The position numbers and the translations under genes were made by a program. A stretch of DNA of 59,108 nucleotides from Oscillospiraceae bacterium (GTDB taxonomy: Bacteria > Bacillota > Clostridia > Oscillospirales > Oscillospiraceae), in the NCBI GenBank assembly GCA_017448145.1, contig JAFSMA010000050.1:1-59108 (forward strand), written 5' to 3'. Below the pieces are notes generated by a model, which was not told the origin of the DNA, did no database searches, and saw only the letters and a list, made by a program, of their open reading frames with translations. Below, piece after piece: positions 9,495-19,825 of the stretch; position 1 is the first letter of the stretch, and every line of letters begins with the position of its first letter.

Positions 9495-9751
9495 CAAATT
9501 GCCAAATAGCATCGCAGATTTCGCGCCCGCAGGCGCGAACCCATGAAATCCGAAAAAACTGGCGGCGTGTACCCCAAGGGCACTGGCTCCACCAGCCGCT
9601 CATTCTTCGCGGGGTGTCGCTGGCGTACGTCAGTTTTTTCACTTCTCAGGCTACGAAGTGTGCGAATCGTGCGCCAAAGGCGTACGATTCGTGCGCGCAG
9701 TAGACTGCAATCCCATTGTCAAAAAACGGCAGAGCCGTTTTTTGACAGGCT
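9495..9751. repeat. MITE-like repeat (family A) carrying a nested 56-bp insertion
   Basis: Reverse-complement match over the full length of 58631-58832, plus extra sequence at 9571-9626. Confidence 0.88.
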
Positions 9752-9752
9752 A

Positions 9753-9788
9753 AAAAGAGTACCATTCCGCCTGGAATGGTACTCTTTT
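9753..9788 (-). terminator. Intrinsic terminator after etfA
   Basis: AAAAGAGTACCATTCC-GCCT-GGAATGGTACTCTTTT perfect hairpin with A/T tracts. Confidence 0.8.
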
Positions 9789-9804
9789 ATATGCCGTAAT
9801 ATCC

Positions 9805-10926
9805 TTACTTGGCGGCCTTGGCAGCCTTGATGGACTCAATCAGCTCAGGCACCACCTTGAACAGGTCGCCCACGATACCGTAGTCGGCCACCTCGAAGAT
9901 GGGAGCGGTCTCGTTCTTGTTGACGGCGATGATGCACTCGGACTCCTGCATACCGGCCTTGTGCTGGATGGCGCCGGAGATACCCAGAGCCACGTAGACC
10001 TTGGGATGGACGGTCTTGCCGGTCTGGCCCACCTGATGGTCGGCGGTGATCCAGCCGGCGTCCACGCAGGCGCGGGAGGAACCTACCACGCCGCCCAGGA
10101 CTTCGGCCAGCTCCTCGGCCAGAGCGATGCCCTTTTCCACGTCCTTGCTGATGCCGCGGCCCACGGACACGATAAAGTCAGCGCCGATGAGATCCACCAG
10201 CTTCTTGGCGGCCTTGACGGTCTCGGTGACCTCGGTCTTGATGTCAGAGGCGTTCAGCTCGAAAGCGGGGTGGAGAATCTCCACGTTCTTGGGGCACTCG
10301 CGCTTCTTCATCACGCCGGGGCGGACAGTGGCCATGGCGGGACGGAAGCGGGGGCAGATGATGGAGGCCATCAGATGGCCGCCGAAAGCGGGACGGGTCA
10401 TCTTCAGGTCGCGCTCCACACTGTGGGGCTCGCGGTTGATCATGACGGTGCCCAGCTTCTCGATGCGCTCCTCGGGCAGGGTGGAAGCCTCACGGAGGAA
10501 GCCCTTATAGTTGGGCATATCGATGTCCAGGTGGGTGCAGTCGGCGCACAGGCCGGTGTGCAGGCGGGCGGCGCAGCGGGGCGCCAGGTCACGGCCGATG
10601 TTGGAGGCACCGAAGAGCAGAATCTCGGGCTTGATGTCCTCCACGGCGTCCACGATGACCTTGGTGTAGCCGTCGGTGGTGTAGTCCTTCAGCAGAGGGC
10701 TGTTGTAGACGTAGACCTTGTCGGCGCCGTACTGGCCCAGCTCGGCGGCAATGCCGTCCACGTTGTCGCCCAGGAGAATGCCGCACAGCTCTACGCCCAG
10801 CTCATTGGCCAGCTTGCGACCCTCGGAGATCAATTCAAAGGTAGTGGGCATCATGACGCCCTGACGCTGCTCGCAGAAAACCCAAACGTTCTTGAAGGCA
10901 GCGGTATCCGCACTATTAAAAGCCAT
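9805..10926 (-). CDS. etfA: Electron transfer flavoprotein alpha subunit
   Basis: TGLCADC, MTRPAFGG, QVGQTGKTV, GISGAIQH. Confidence 0.95.
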   Translation of the reverse strand: MAFNSADTAAFKNVWVFCEQRQGVMMPTTFELISEGRKLANELGVELCGILLGDNVDGIAAELGQYGADKVYVYNSPLLKDYTTDGYTKVIVDAVEDIKPEILLFGASNIGRDLAPRCAARLHTGLCADCTHLDIDMPNYKGFLREASTLPEERIEKLGTVMINREPHSVERDLKMTRPAFGGHLMASIICPRFRPAMATVRPGVMKKRECPKNVEILHPAFELNASDIKTEVTETVKAAKKLVDLIGADFIVSVGRGISKDVEKGIALAEELAEVLGGVVGSSRACVDAGWITADHQVGQTGKTVHPKVYVALGISGAIQHKAGMQESECIIAVNKNETAPIFEVADYGIVGDLFKVVPELIESIKAAKAAK

Positions 10927-10944
10927 TTTCGTTTCTCCTTTCGA

Positions 10945-11745
10945 TCAGATGATGTGCTTGGCGGCCAGGATGCCAGCCAGCTTGTCAGTGGTCTCCTTGC
11001 CGGCGCCCTCAAGCATCATGCCGGCGCCCTTCTGGGGAGGCGTAAAGGAGGTGAGAATATTGGTGGGAGAACCGGCCAGGCCGATAGTGCTCTTGTCGAT
11101 GAGGGGATGATCCTTCAGCGTCTCATAGGTCATGGTGACCAGGGGCTTGGAATAGGCCTCAAAAGCGCCGCCCACGGACAGGTAGCGGGGCTCGTTCAGC
11201 TCCTTGATGCAGGTGATCATGCAGGGGGTCTTGACCTTGATGGTCATGTAGCCGTCCTCCAGGATGCGCTTGACGGTCAGCTCATTGCCGTTCTTGGTGA
11301 TCTCACCGGCGTAGGCCACCTGGGGCAGATGCAGCTTCTCGGCGATCTGGGGGCCCACCTGTGCGGTATCGCCGTCGATGGCCTGACGGCCGGCCAGGAT
11401 GATGTCGTCGTCATCGATGCCGTAGGTGTCGATACCGGCGGCGATGATCTGGGAGGTGGCGTAGGTGTCGGAGCCGCCGAACTCACGGGCGGTGATCAGC
11501 ACACCCTCGTCCACGCCCATGGCCATCAGCTCACGCAGCATACCCTCGGCGGGAGGGGGGCCCATGGTGAAGGCCACCACCTTGCAGCCCAGCTCGTCCT
11601 TCAGCTTCAGGGCGGCCTCAACGGCGTTCAGGTCATCGGGGTTGATGATGGTCTGCATGGACGCACGGTCCAGAGTGCCATCGGGATTCACGGCCACCTT
11701 ACCGGAGGTATCGGGGACCTGCTTAACGGTAACTAAAATCTTCAT
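10945..11745 (-). CDS. etfB: Electron transfer flavoprotein beta subunit
   Basis: KQVPDT, INPDD, GRQAIDGDTAQVGP. Confidence 0.95.
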   Translation of the reverse strand: MKILVTVKQVPDTSGKVAVNPDGTLDRASMQTIINPDDLNAVEAALKLKDELGCKVVAFTMGPPPAEGMLRELMAMGVDEGVLITAREFGGSDTYATSQIIAAGIDTYGIDDDDIILAGRQAIDGDTAQVGPQIAEKLHLPQVAYAGEITKNGNELTVKRILEDGYMTIKVKTPCMITCIKELNEPRYLSVGGAFEAYSKPLVTMTYETLKDHPLIDKSTIGLAGSPTNILTSFTPPQKGAGMMLEGAGKETTDKLAGILAAKHII

Positions 11746-11763
11746 TTTCCTTTTACCTCCTTA

Positions 11764-12927
<1,164 letters not shown>

Positions 12928-12954
12928 ACTATTTTCTCCTTTTCTAAATAGTGA

Positions 12955-13791
12955 TTACTTGTTGTAGCTGAAAAAGCCCTCGCCGGACTTGATGCCCAGC
13001 TTGCCGGCCCGCACCATCTTGCGGATCAGCACGTTGGCGCGGTACTTGCTGTCGTGGGTCTCGTTGTACAGCACGTCCATGATGTTCAGCACGATGTCCC
13101 AGCCGATGAGGTCGCCCAGGTGCAGGGGGCCCATGGGATGGTTGCAGCCCAGCTGCATGGCGATGTCGATGTCCTCGGCAGAGGCCACGCCCTCCTGCAG
13201 GACGCAGACGCCCTCGTTGCAGTAGGGGATGAGGATCTTGTTGACCACAAAGCCGGGGGCCTCGTTGACCACCACGGGGGTCTTGCCGATGTCCTCGGAC
13301 AGCTTCTTCGTCCACTCCACCAGCTCGGCGGGGGTGTTGCCGCCGGCGATGACCTCCACCAGCTTCATGGCGGGGACGGGATTGAAGAAGTGCATACCCA
13401 CCAGGGGGTGCTTCAGGCCCTGGGCCATCTCGGTGATGGACAGAGAAGAGGTGTTGGAGGCGAAGACGGTGCTCTCCTTGCACAGCTCGTCCAGCTTGCC
13501 CAGCAGCTCCTTCTTGACGGCCATGTTCTCCGCCACGCACTCGATAACCAGATCGGCATCGGCAGCGGCCTCGAACTCCTCCACCAGGATGCGGGACATG
13601 ATGTCATCCGCAGCAGCCTGATCCATCTTGCCCCGGGCCACCTTCTTGTTCAGAGAGGCGGCCAGCTTGTCCTTGTGACGCTGTGCGCTTGCCACACTGG
13701 AAGCGTACATCAGGGCGGTGTGACCCTTCTGGGCAAATACCTGGGCAATACCGCTACCCATAGTTCCCGCGCCGAAAACAGCGACTTTCAT
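12955..13791 (-). CDS. hbd: 3-hydroxybutyryl-CoA dehydrogenase
   Basis: GAGTMGSG, ASNTSSLS, GMHFFNP, NHPMGPL; AGGAGG RBS before ATG 13791. Confidence 0.93.
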   Translation of the reverse strand: MKVAVFGAGTMGSGIAQVFAQKGHTALMYASSVASAQRHKDKLAASLNKKVARGKMDQAAADDIMSRILVEEFEAAADADLVIECVAENMAVKKELLGKLDELCKESTVFASNTSSLSITEMAQGLKHPLVGMHFFNPVPAMKLVEVIAGGNTPAELVEWTKKLSEDIGKTPVVVNEAPGFVVNKILIPYCNEGVCVLQEGVASAEDIDIAMQLGCNHPMGPLHLGDLIGWDIVLNIMDVLYNETHDSKYRANVLIRKMVRAGKLGIKSGEGFFSYNK

Positions 13792-13870
13792 TACGTTTCC
13801 TCCTAAAAATATTAGTTTTGACACGTTATTTTAATCATCAGACGCCGTTTATGGCAGCCTGTTAATTAAC

Positions 13871-14650
13871 TCACTTGTTCTGGTAGGGCTGGTGCTTCCG
13901 CTTCTCCAGGAAAGCGCCCATGCCCTCTATCTGGTCGGCGGTCTTGAAGCAGCTGCCGAACAGCTTCTCCTCAATGACCACGGCGGCGTCTATATCCACC
14001 TGGAGGCCCTCATTGATGGCCTTCTTGCAGGCGCGGACGGCGATGGGGGCGTTGGCGGCGATGGTATTGGCCAGCTTCTCCGCCTGGGGCAGCAGCTCCT
14101 CGGCGGGATAGACGGCGTTCACCAGGCCGATGCGGTAGGCCTCGTCGGCCTTGATGTTGCGGGCGGTGTAGATGAGCTGCTTGGCCATGCCGGGGCTCAC
14201 CAGGCGGGCCAGACGCTGGGTGCCGCCGAAGCCGGGGGTGATGCCCAGGCCCACCTCGGGCTGACCGAACACGGCGGTGTCGGCGCAGATGCGGATGTCG
14301 CAGGCCATGCTCAGCTCGCAGCCGCCGCCCAGGGCAAAGCCGTTGACCGCGGCGATGGTGGGAATGGGCAGCGTCTCGATGCGGCGGAACACGTCGTTGC
14401 CGTGCTTGCCGAAGGCCTCGCCCTCTTCAGGCGTCAGGGTGCTCATCTCCCCGATATCGGCGCCTGCCACGAAAGCCTTGGCGCCGCTGCCGGTAATGAC
14501 CAGGGCGCGGATGTCGCTGTCGGCACTCACCACGTTCACCAGCTCGTCCAGGTCGGTGAGCACGTCACTGTTCAGCGCGTTCAGCGCCTGGGGGCGGTTG
14601 ATGGTGGCAACAGCGATGTTGCCCTTCTTCTCCAAGAGAACATTTGTCAT
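13871..14650 (-). CDS. crt: Crotonase (short-chain enoyl-CoA hydratase)
   Basis: AFVAGADI, NGFALGGGCEL, GQPEVGLGITPGFGGTQRL. Confidence 0.93.
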   Translation of the reverse strand: MTNVLLEKKGNIAVATINRPQALNALNSDVLTDLDELVNVVSADSDIRALVITGSGAKAFVAGADIGEMSTLTPEEGEAFGKHGNDVFRRIETLPIPTIAAVNGFALGGGCELSMACDIRICADTAVFGQPEVGLGITPGFGGTQRLARLVSPGMAKQLIYTARNIKADEAYRIGLVNAVYPAEELLPQAEKLANTIAANAPIAVRACKKAINEGLQVDIDAAVVIEEKLFGSCFKTADQIEGMGAFLEKRKHQPYQNK

Positions 14651-14894
14651 GTTCGCTCCTCCTCAATCCAAGGCGAGGACACCCTTACCAAATGAAAAAG
14701 GGCGCAATACGCCTCATGTGTTCACTATTATAGTACATTGCCATTTTTTTATCAAGCCCCACCAGGCCCCTTTTCGGCTTTTCATCAGATTTCACAAATC
14801 GAGGGACGTTTCTTCTCTGTTTTTTCCGGGACAGGCTTCACAAGGGCTGATTTTTATGGTATTCTGTCGTGTGAAATGCAGGAGGAATGATACT

Positions 14895-15578
14895 ATGCGC
14901 ATGCGGAAAAAGAAGAATTTACAGCCCCGGATGGAGGCCTGCCGGGACTGCTGGGTGCAGAACCCCTATGAGATGCGGGGCCACTGGCGGGACCTGATGC
15001 CCCAGGCCCGGGAGATCCGGCTGGAGCTGGGCTGCGGCAAGGGCCGCTTTACCGCCGAGACGGCCCAGGCAGAGCCGGACGTGCTGCTTATCGCCGTGGA
15101 AAAGGTGCCCGACGCCATGGTGGTGGCCATGGAGCGGGTGACGGAGATGGGGCTCAAAAACGTGTTTTTCATCGACGGCGATGCGGCACTGCTGCCGGAG
15201 ATGTTTGAAAGCGGGGAAATCAGCCGGATTTACATCAATTTCTGCGACCCCTGGCCCAAGAGCAACCAGAAAAAACGCCGCCTCACCCACGGCAATTTCC
15301 TGAAGCAGTACCGCAAGGTGCTGCCCATGGGCGGACAAATCCATTTCAAGACCGACAACGACAAGCTGTTTGCCTGGTCCATTGAGGAGATTCCCCGGTT
15401 CGGCTTCACCCTGTCGGAGCTGACCTTCGACCTCCACAAGGACGGGCCCGTGGGCGTGATGACGGACTACGAGGCCAAGTTCTACGGCCTGGGCAAGAAC
15501 ATCAACCGTTGCGTGGCCACCATGGTGCCCTGGGAGGAGCCGGTGGAGGAAGCGGCGGAGGACGCTGCCCAGGCGTGA
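14895..15578 (+). CDS. trmB: tRNA (guanine-N7)-methyltransferase
   Basis: MRMRKK start, LELGCGKG, NFCDPWPK, FKTDN, MTDYE. Confidence 0.93.
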   Translation: MRMRKKKNLQPRMEACRDCWVQNPYEMRGHWRDLMPQAREIRLELGCGKGRFTAETAQAEPDVLLIAVEKVPDAMVVAMERVTEMGLKNVFFIDGDAALLPEMFESGEISRIYINFCDPWPKSNQKKRRLTHGNFLKQYRKVLPMGGQIHFKTDNDKLFAWSIEEIPRFGFTLSELTFDLHKDGPVGVMTDYEAKFYGLGKNINRCVATMVPWEEPVEEAAEDAAQA

Positions 15579-15649
15579 GGTCTCCTGCCCTGGGGCGTTT
15601 TGCGGCGAGGTGAGGTTGAGGCAGGCCTGGGGAAATAGCGCAACCTTTT

Positions 15650-16015
15650 AGCATTTATCCGTGGTTGGCGGATGGCATTGCCTGGGTTGGGCGGACAGAG
15701 TCGTCCGCCCCTACGGTGGGGAACGATGCCATTTGCCATTCGTCCCCGCCTTCCCCTTGGGGGGAAGGTACCCCAGTGCGCACACTGGGGGGAATGAGGG
15801 GGCGATGACCGGGAACTTCCCGGGAAAACTCGTGCTCTCGTTGCGGCAAACCGATTTCCAGACCCTTCGGGCCGTGAAAACCGGGCCGCTGCCTTGCTGC
15901 GCCCTCGCTGCATCCGCCGTACCCCAAGGGCACTGGCTCCACAATCCGCTCGTGTCCTCGCGGTGTGTCGCTGGCGTCGGCGGCGCTTCGGGCGCAGCCC
16001 TCCGAGGGGATGGCA
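15650..16015. repeat. Mosaic cluster of REP-like palindromes
   Basis: GTAG-type REP (minus GTAGGGGCGGACGACTCTGTCCGCCC, 15689-15714), CCTTCCCC-GGGGAAGG and CCCCAGTG-CACTGGGG hairpins, and a 57-bp element at 15921-15977. Confidence 0.75.
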
Positions 16016-16027
16016 AATCGTGTGGTA

Positions 16028-16076
16028 AAAAACAGCACCGTTTTCCGCTGGTTTTGCGGGAAACGGTGCTGTTTTG
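16028..16076. terminator. Bidirectional terminator-like hairpin
   Basis: AAAACAGCACCGTTT...AAACGGTGCTGTTTT between convergent genes. Confidence 0.7.
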
Positions 16077-16077
16077 A

Positions 16078-16995
16078 TCATTTATACAGGCCCTGGCGCT
16101 GGCGGCGTTCGATTTCGCTCCAGGCCCGGAAGTTGCCGAACACCTCGTCCACGTCGCCCACGTAGGCGAAGGATCCGGGGTAGCGGGCAATAATACGCTG
16201 CATATCGATAATCTGATGCTTGTTGATGACGCAGGTCAGCAGGTCGGTGGCCTCGCCGCTGTACATGCCCCGGGCGGGCAGGACGGTGGCGGTGTGGTGC
16301 AGGTCGTGGATGATGTCGGCGGCCATGGCAGTGGCGTCGTGGGTGATGATCTCAAACTTCAACTGCTCCTTACCGCCCCGGACAATCTGGTCGCTGATGC
16401 GGGTGCTGATGAAGCAGTAGATCACGCAGAGGATCACCGGCTCGTAGCGGTAATCGTAGACGAAAAAGGAGATGCCCGCCACGGCGCAGTTGAAGGCGAA
16501 GATGATCCACACCAGGCTCCGCTCCGGGTGAACGTGGTGGACGAAGGCCGCCACCACGTCGGTGCCGCCGGTGCTGGCGTTCTGGCGGATGACCACGCCG
16601 TAGAGGCAGCCGTTGACCACGCCGGCGGCGATGGGGGCCAGCACGGTGCTGACGCCGTTATCTGTGGCGGCGTAAATCCAGGGGGTGACGTCGATGACGC
16701 CCCGCTGCAACAGCAGGATGCCACCGGCGGAGCACAGGGAAAACAGCAGCGTTTTCACGGCGTAGTCCCGGTTCAGCACGAACACGGCCACCAGGCAAAG
16801 GGGCACGTTAATCAGCAGATTCATATAGCCCACGGAGAAGCCCAGCTTGTACTGCACCATGGTGGCAATGCCGTTGAGCCCCGCGGGGGCAAAGGCATTG
16901 GGGAAAATGAATATCACATAGTTCAGCGCCATGACAAAGCCCATGGCCATCACCAGCAGCAGCTCCCGGGCCCGCTTTATACCCATATTTTCCAT
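16078..16995 (-). CDS. YitT family membrane protein
   Basis: APAGLNGIA, INVPL, STGGTD motifs and C-terminal DUF2179-like GMYSG...DEVFGNF. Confidence 0.85.
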   Translation of the reverse strand: MENMGIKRARELLLVMAMGFVMALNYVIFIFPNAFAPAGLNGIATMVQYKLGFSVGYMNLLINVPLCLVAVFVLNRDYAVKTLLFSLCSAGGILLLQRGVIDVTPWIYAATDNGVSTVLAPIAAGVVNGCLYGVVIRQNASTGGTDVVAAFVHHVHPERSLVWIIFAFNCAVAGISFFVYDYRYEPVILCVIYCFISTRISDQIVRGGKEQLKFEIITHDATAMAADIIHDLHHTATVLPARGMYSGEATDLLTCVINKHQIIDMQRIIARYPGSFAYVGDVDEVFGNFRAWSEIERRQRQGLYK

Positions 16996-17102
16996 GAGGA
17001 AACTCCCTCCTTTTCGCAAACCGGGGGCTATTATACGCCGTCATTTTGCAAGATGCAACGGATACATCTTGCATTTTAGCGGAAAATTGCAAGTTTTTTG
17101 CC

Positions 17103-17137
17103 AAAAAAAAGAAACCCGGCCAGGCGGTCGGGTTTCT
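17103..17137 (-). terminator. Intrinsic terminator after rplT
   Basis: GAAACCCG stem followed by a U8 tract on the minus strand. Confidence 0.8.
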
Positions 17138-17157
17138 CGGTGTTTCCTATGGATGGG

Positions 17158-17508
17158 TTACGCCTTCTTGGCGATGTCGCACAGGGCGGCAAAGGCCACG
17201 GCGTCGTTGATGGCCATCTCGGAGAGCATCTTGCGGTTGATCTCGATGCCGGCCACCTTCAGGCCATGCATAAAGGTGGAGTAGTTCATGCCGTTGCTCT
17301 TGCAGGCGGCGGAGATGCGGGTGATCCACAGCTTGCGGAAGTCTCTCTTCTTCAGCCGGCGGCCCACATAGGCGTAGGTCAGAGACTTCATGACCTGCTC
17401 GTTGGCCATCTTGAAGTGCTTGGACTTGGCGCCCCAATAGCCCTTGGCCAGCTTCAGAACTTTATTTCTTCTTTTGCGCGTCATCATCGCGCCCTTAATA
17501 CGTGCCAT
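17158..17508 (-). CDS. rplT: 50S ribosomal protein L20
   Basis: MARIKG...AKGYWG...RKLWITRI...[10 protein letters not shown]. Confidence 0.98.
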   Translation of the reverse strand: MARIKGAMMTRKRRNKVLKLAKGYWGAKSKHFKMANEQVMKSLTYAYVGRRLKKRDFRKLWITRISAACKSNGMNYSTFMHGLKVAGIEINRKMLSEMAINDAVAFAALCDIAKKA

Positions 17509-17545
17509 ATTTCAATTGCCTCCTATTTCTAACGTAGTCCGTGTC

Positions 17546-17743
17546 TTATTTGTAGGGGATCATCTTGCGGATCGCAGCTTCGTTGGTGTTGTCAGCGTAG
17601 GTGGTGCTGCGCAGACGACGGCCACGCTTGGTATCCTTCTTGGTCAGGATGTGGCTCTTGAACGCATGAGCTCTCTTGACCTTGCCGGACTTCGTCAGAT
17701 TGAAGCGCTTCTTTGCGCCGCTATGGGTCTTCAGTTTAGGCAT
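17546..17743 (-). CDS. rpmI: 50S ribosomal protein L35
   Basis: [14 protein letters not shown]...HILTKK. Confidence 0.98.
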   Translation of the reverse strand: MPKLKTHSGAKKRFNLTKSGKVKRAHAFKSHILTKKDTKRGRRLRSTTYADNTNEAAIRKMIPYK

Positions 17744-17798
17744 AATGTTACTCCTTCCAAATTCATCCTCGCGCCCGGTGGGGCGGTCGGGACATTGA

Positions 17799-18317
17799 TT
17801 ACTTTGCCGCCTTGGGGGCCAGGAAGATGGACATATTGCGTCCCTCCAGCTTGGCATTCTTCTCCAAATTGGCCATCTCGGTGCAGCTTGCGGCAAACTG
17901 ATCCAGCAGATCCTTGCCGATCTCGGTGTGGGCCATCTCGCGGCCGCGGAAACGGACGCTGACCTTTACGCGGTTGCCCTCGGACAGGAACTTCTGGGCG
18001 TTTTTCAGCTTGGTGTTGAAGTCGCCAACGTCGATACCGGGGGACATACGGATCTCCTTGATCTCCACCGTATGCTGATTTTTCTTTGCTTCCTTCTCCC
18101 GCTTGGACTGCTCGAAGCGGAACTTGCCGTAGTTCATGAGCTTGCAGACAGGGGGAACGGCCTGGGGAGAAATCTTCACCAGGTCAAGACCGCGCTCCTC
18201 GGCGATCTCCAGCGCCTGTTCAGACGAGAGAATGCCCAGCTGCTCACCGTCTTCACCGATGAGGCGGACTTCCTTATCCCGGATATCCTCGTTGAGTTGA
18301 TGCACTACCTTGCTAAT
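17799..18317 (-). CDS. infC: Translation initiation factor IF-3 (ATT start)
   Basis: [31 protein letters not shown]; GGAGGT RBS followed by in-frame ATT at 18317. Confidence 0.95.
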   Translation of the reverse strand: MSKVVHQLNEDIRDKEVRLIGEDGEQLGILSSEQALEIAEERGLDLVKISPQAVPPVCKLMNYGKFRFEQSKREKEAKKNQHTVEIKEIRMSPGIDVGDFNTKLKNAQKFLSEGNRVKVSVRFRGREMAHTEIGKDLLDQFAASCTEMANLEKNAKLEGRNMSIFLAPKAAK

Positions 18318-18334
18318 ACCTAACGCACCTCCAT

Positions 18335-18462
18335 TCAAAATCAAAAACGCGGATGCTGGCAGCATCCGCGAACAACAACCGCCCATAATACGGGCGAGAA
18401 TGATACGCTGTTGACCTCTTTGCCTGGGGCGTGAGGTGAGGCGGATGCACCGACCTTCTTTG
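18335..18462 (-). ncRNA. Ribosomal protein L20 leader (attenuator)
   Basis: GCATCCGCCTCACC motif upstream of infC-rpmI-rplT plus terminator CGCGGATGCTG-C-CAGCATCCGCG-TTTTT. Confidence 0.75.
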
Positions 18463-18532
18463 TTTTCCTCGGATATATTACACTATGGGAACGGCGTTGT
18501 CAACTGTTTTTTGCGGTTTTTTTGAGAAAACA

Positions 18533-18677
18533 GGGGCGGACAGCGTCGTCCGCCCCCTTAAGCTGTCGACAATGTGTCGACAGCTTAAGGGGGCAAATGC
18601 AGAAGCATTCAAAAATGCTTCTGCATTTGTATGGATTTCACGTGAAGGGGGACTCCCGTCCCCCTTCACAATCCCCC
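18533..18677. repeat. Array of four tandem perfect hairpins (REP/BIME-like)
   Basis: Arms of 9 bp (18533-18556), 20 bp (18552-18594), 16 bp (18594-18629) and 12 bp (18642-18669). Confidence 0.85.
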
Positions 18678-18725
18678 ATGCGTGTCAAAGTCTGTCCAAT
18701 AATAACCTTTATCTGCGGTCTACAA

Positions 18726-19649
18726 TCAGTCGGTGAGCTTGGCGGGATAGACGCCAATGGACTGGAGGCGCCTCAGCTCGTCGGCCACCATGGCACGGTC
18801 CTCGTGGTAGGTCATGCCGAACCAGCGGTCCTTGCTGCTGAGGACGGAGACCTGCAGCTTGCCCTGGTGGATCAGGTCGCCCACCATGTTGGGCAGCAGG
18901 CACTCGGCCTTGATGTTGTCGCCGGCATGGCGCAGGAAGTCCTCAAAATACTGCTCCATCACAGGGAAGATGGAGGGCATAAAGCCCCAGAAGTTCATGG
19001 ACACCACGGTGTCGCCGGGCAGGTCCACCCGCTCGCCGCTGTCGATGTCGGCGATGGAGCCGTCGGGGAAGAGCTGAATCTTCAGCGTCTCCTTGATGAA
19101 GGTCAGGTGGCCGTCCTGGGTCTGGCAGACGCCCCGGGACACGGTGCCGTGCTCGGTGACGGTGTTCTTCAGCAGATAGCCCACCATGGTGGCGTTGCCG
19201 TCCTTGGGCAGGCGCATCAGCTCCTCATAGATGGTGCGGTAGGCGTCCACGCCGTAATAGTCGTCGGCATTGATGACGCAGAAGGGCTCGTTGACCACTT
19301 CCCTGGCGCACAGAATGGCGTGGCAGGTGCCGAAGGGCTTGGTTCGCTCTTCGGGAATGTGGTAGAACTTGGGGATGCTGTCATAGGTCTGGTAGGCATA
19401 CGCCACCTCCACCTTGCGGCCGTCGGGGGTGGTGAGCTTCTCCACCATGTTGCCGCACATGGAGCGGATCAGGTCCAGAATCTCCGGCTTGATGATGAAC
19501 ACGATCTTGTCAAAACCGGCGCGAACGGCGTCAAACACGCCGTACTGCATCAAAAACTCGCCGTTGGGGCCGACGCCGTCCACCTGCTTGTTGCCGCCGT
19601 AGCGGGAGCCCATACCGGCAGCCATAATCACCAATGCAGCCTTTGCCAT
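18726..19649 (-). CDS. Sugar-phosphate nucleotidyltransferase family protein
   Basis: LVIMAAGMGSRYGGNKQ, KPFGT, INADDYYG, VSMNFWGF. Confidence 0.88.
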   Translation of the reverse strand: MAKAALVIMAAGMGSRYGGNKQVDGVGPNGEFLMQYGVFDAVRAGFDKIVFIIKPEILDLIRSMCGNMVEKLTTPDGRKVEVAYAYQTYDSIPKFYHIPEERTKPFGTCHAILCAREVVNEPFCVINADDYYGVDAYRTIYEELMRLPKDGNATMVGYLLKNTVTEHGTVSRGVCQTQDGHLTFIKETLKIQLFPDGSIADIDSGERVDLPGDTVVSMNFWGFMPSIFPVMEQYFEDFLRHAGDNIKAECLLPNMVGDLIHQGKLQVSVLSSKDRWFGMTYHEDRAMVADELRRLQSIGVYPAKLTD

Positions 19650-19825
19650 ATTGAAAAACCTCCTGAAATGATAGTAGTAGCCATTTGGTTTCACCATCAT
19701 ACCACAATTTATCCCGGCGGGCAACCGTTAAACCGGACATGGCGGGAAATTATTTGTAGCTTTTGGACGAAGAACGGTATATAATAATGTGTCAGAGAAA
19801 CGAGAGCCGAGGAGCGTGGGAGACC

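Noticed and set aside
9445-9830. Small ORFs sharing peptides with ORFs at 58585-58767 and 15711-16190
   Set aside because: They are translations of the non-coding repeat families.
13858-14800. Possible Rex boxes near crt and hbd (CTGTTAATTAACTCAC; TTTCATCAGATTTCACAA)
   Set aside because: Only half-site matches; plausible for a butyrate operon but too weak without a matrix scan.
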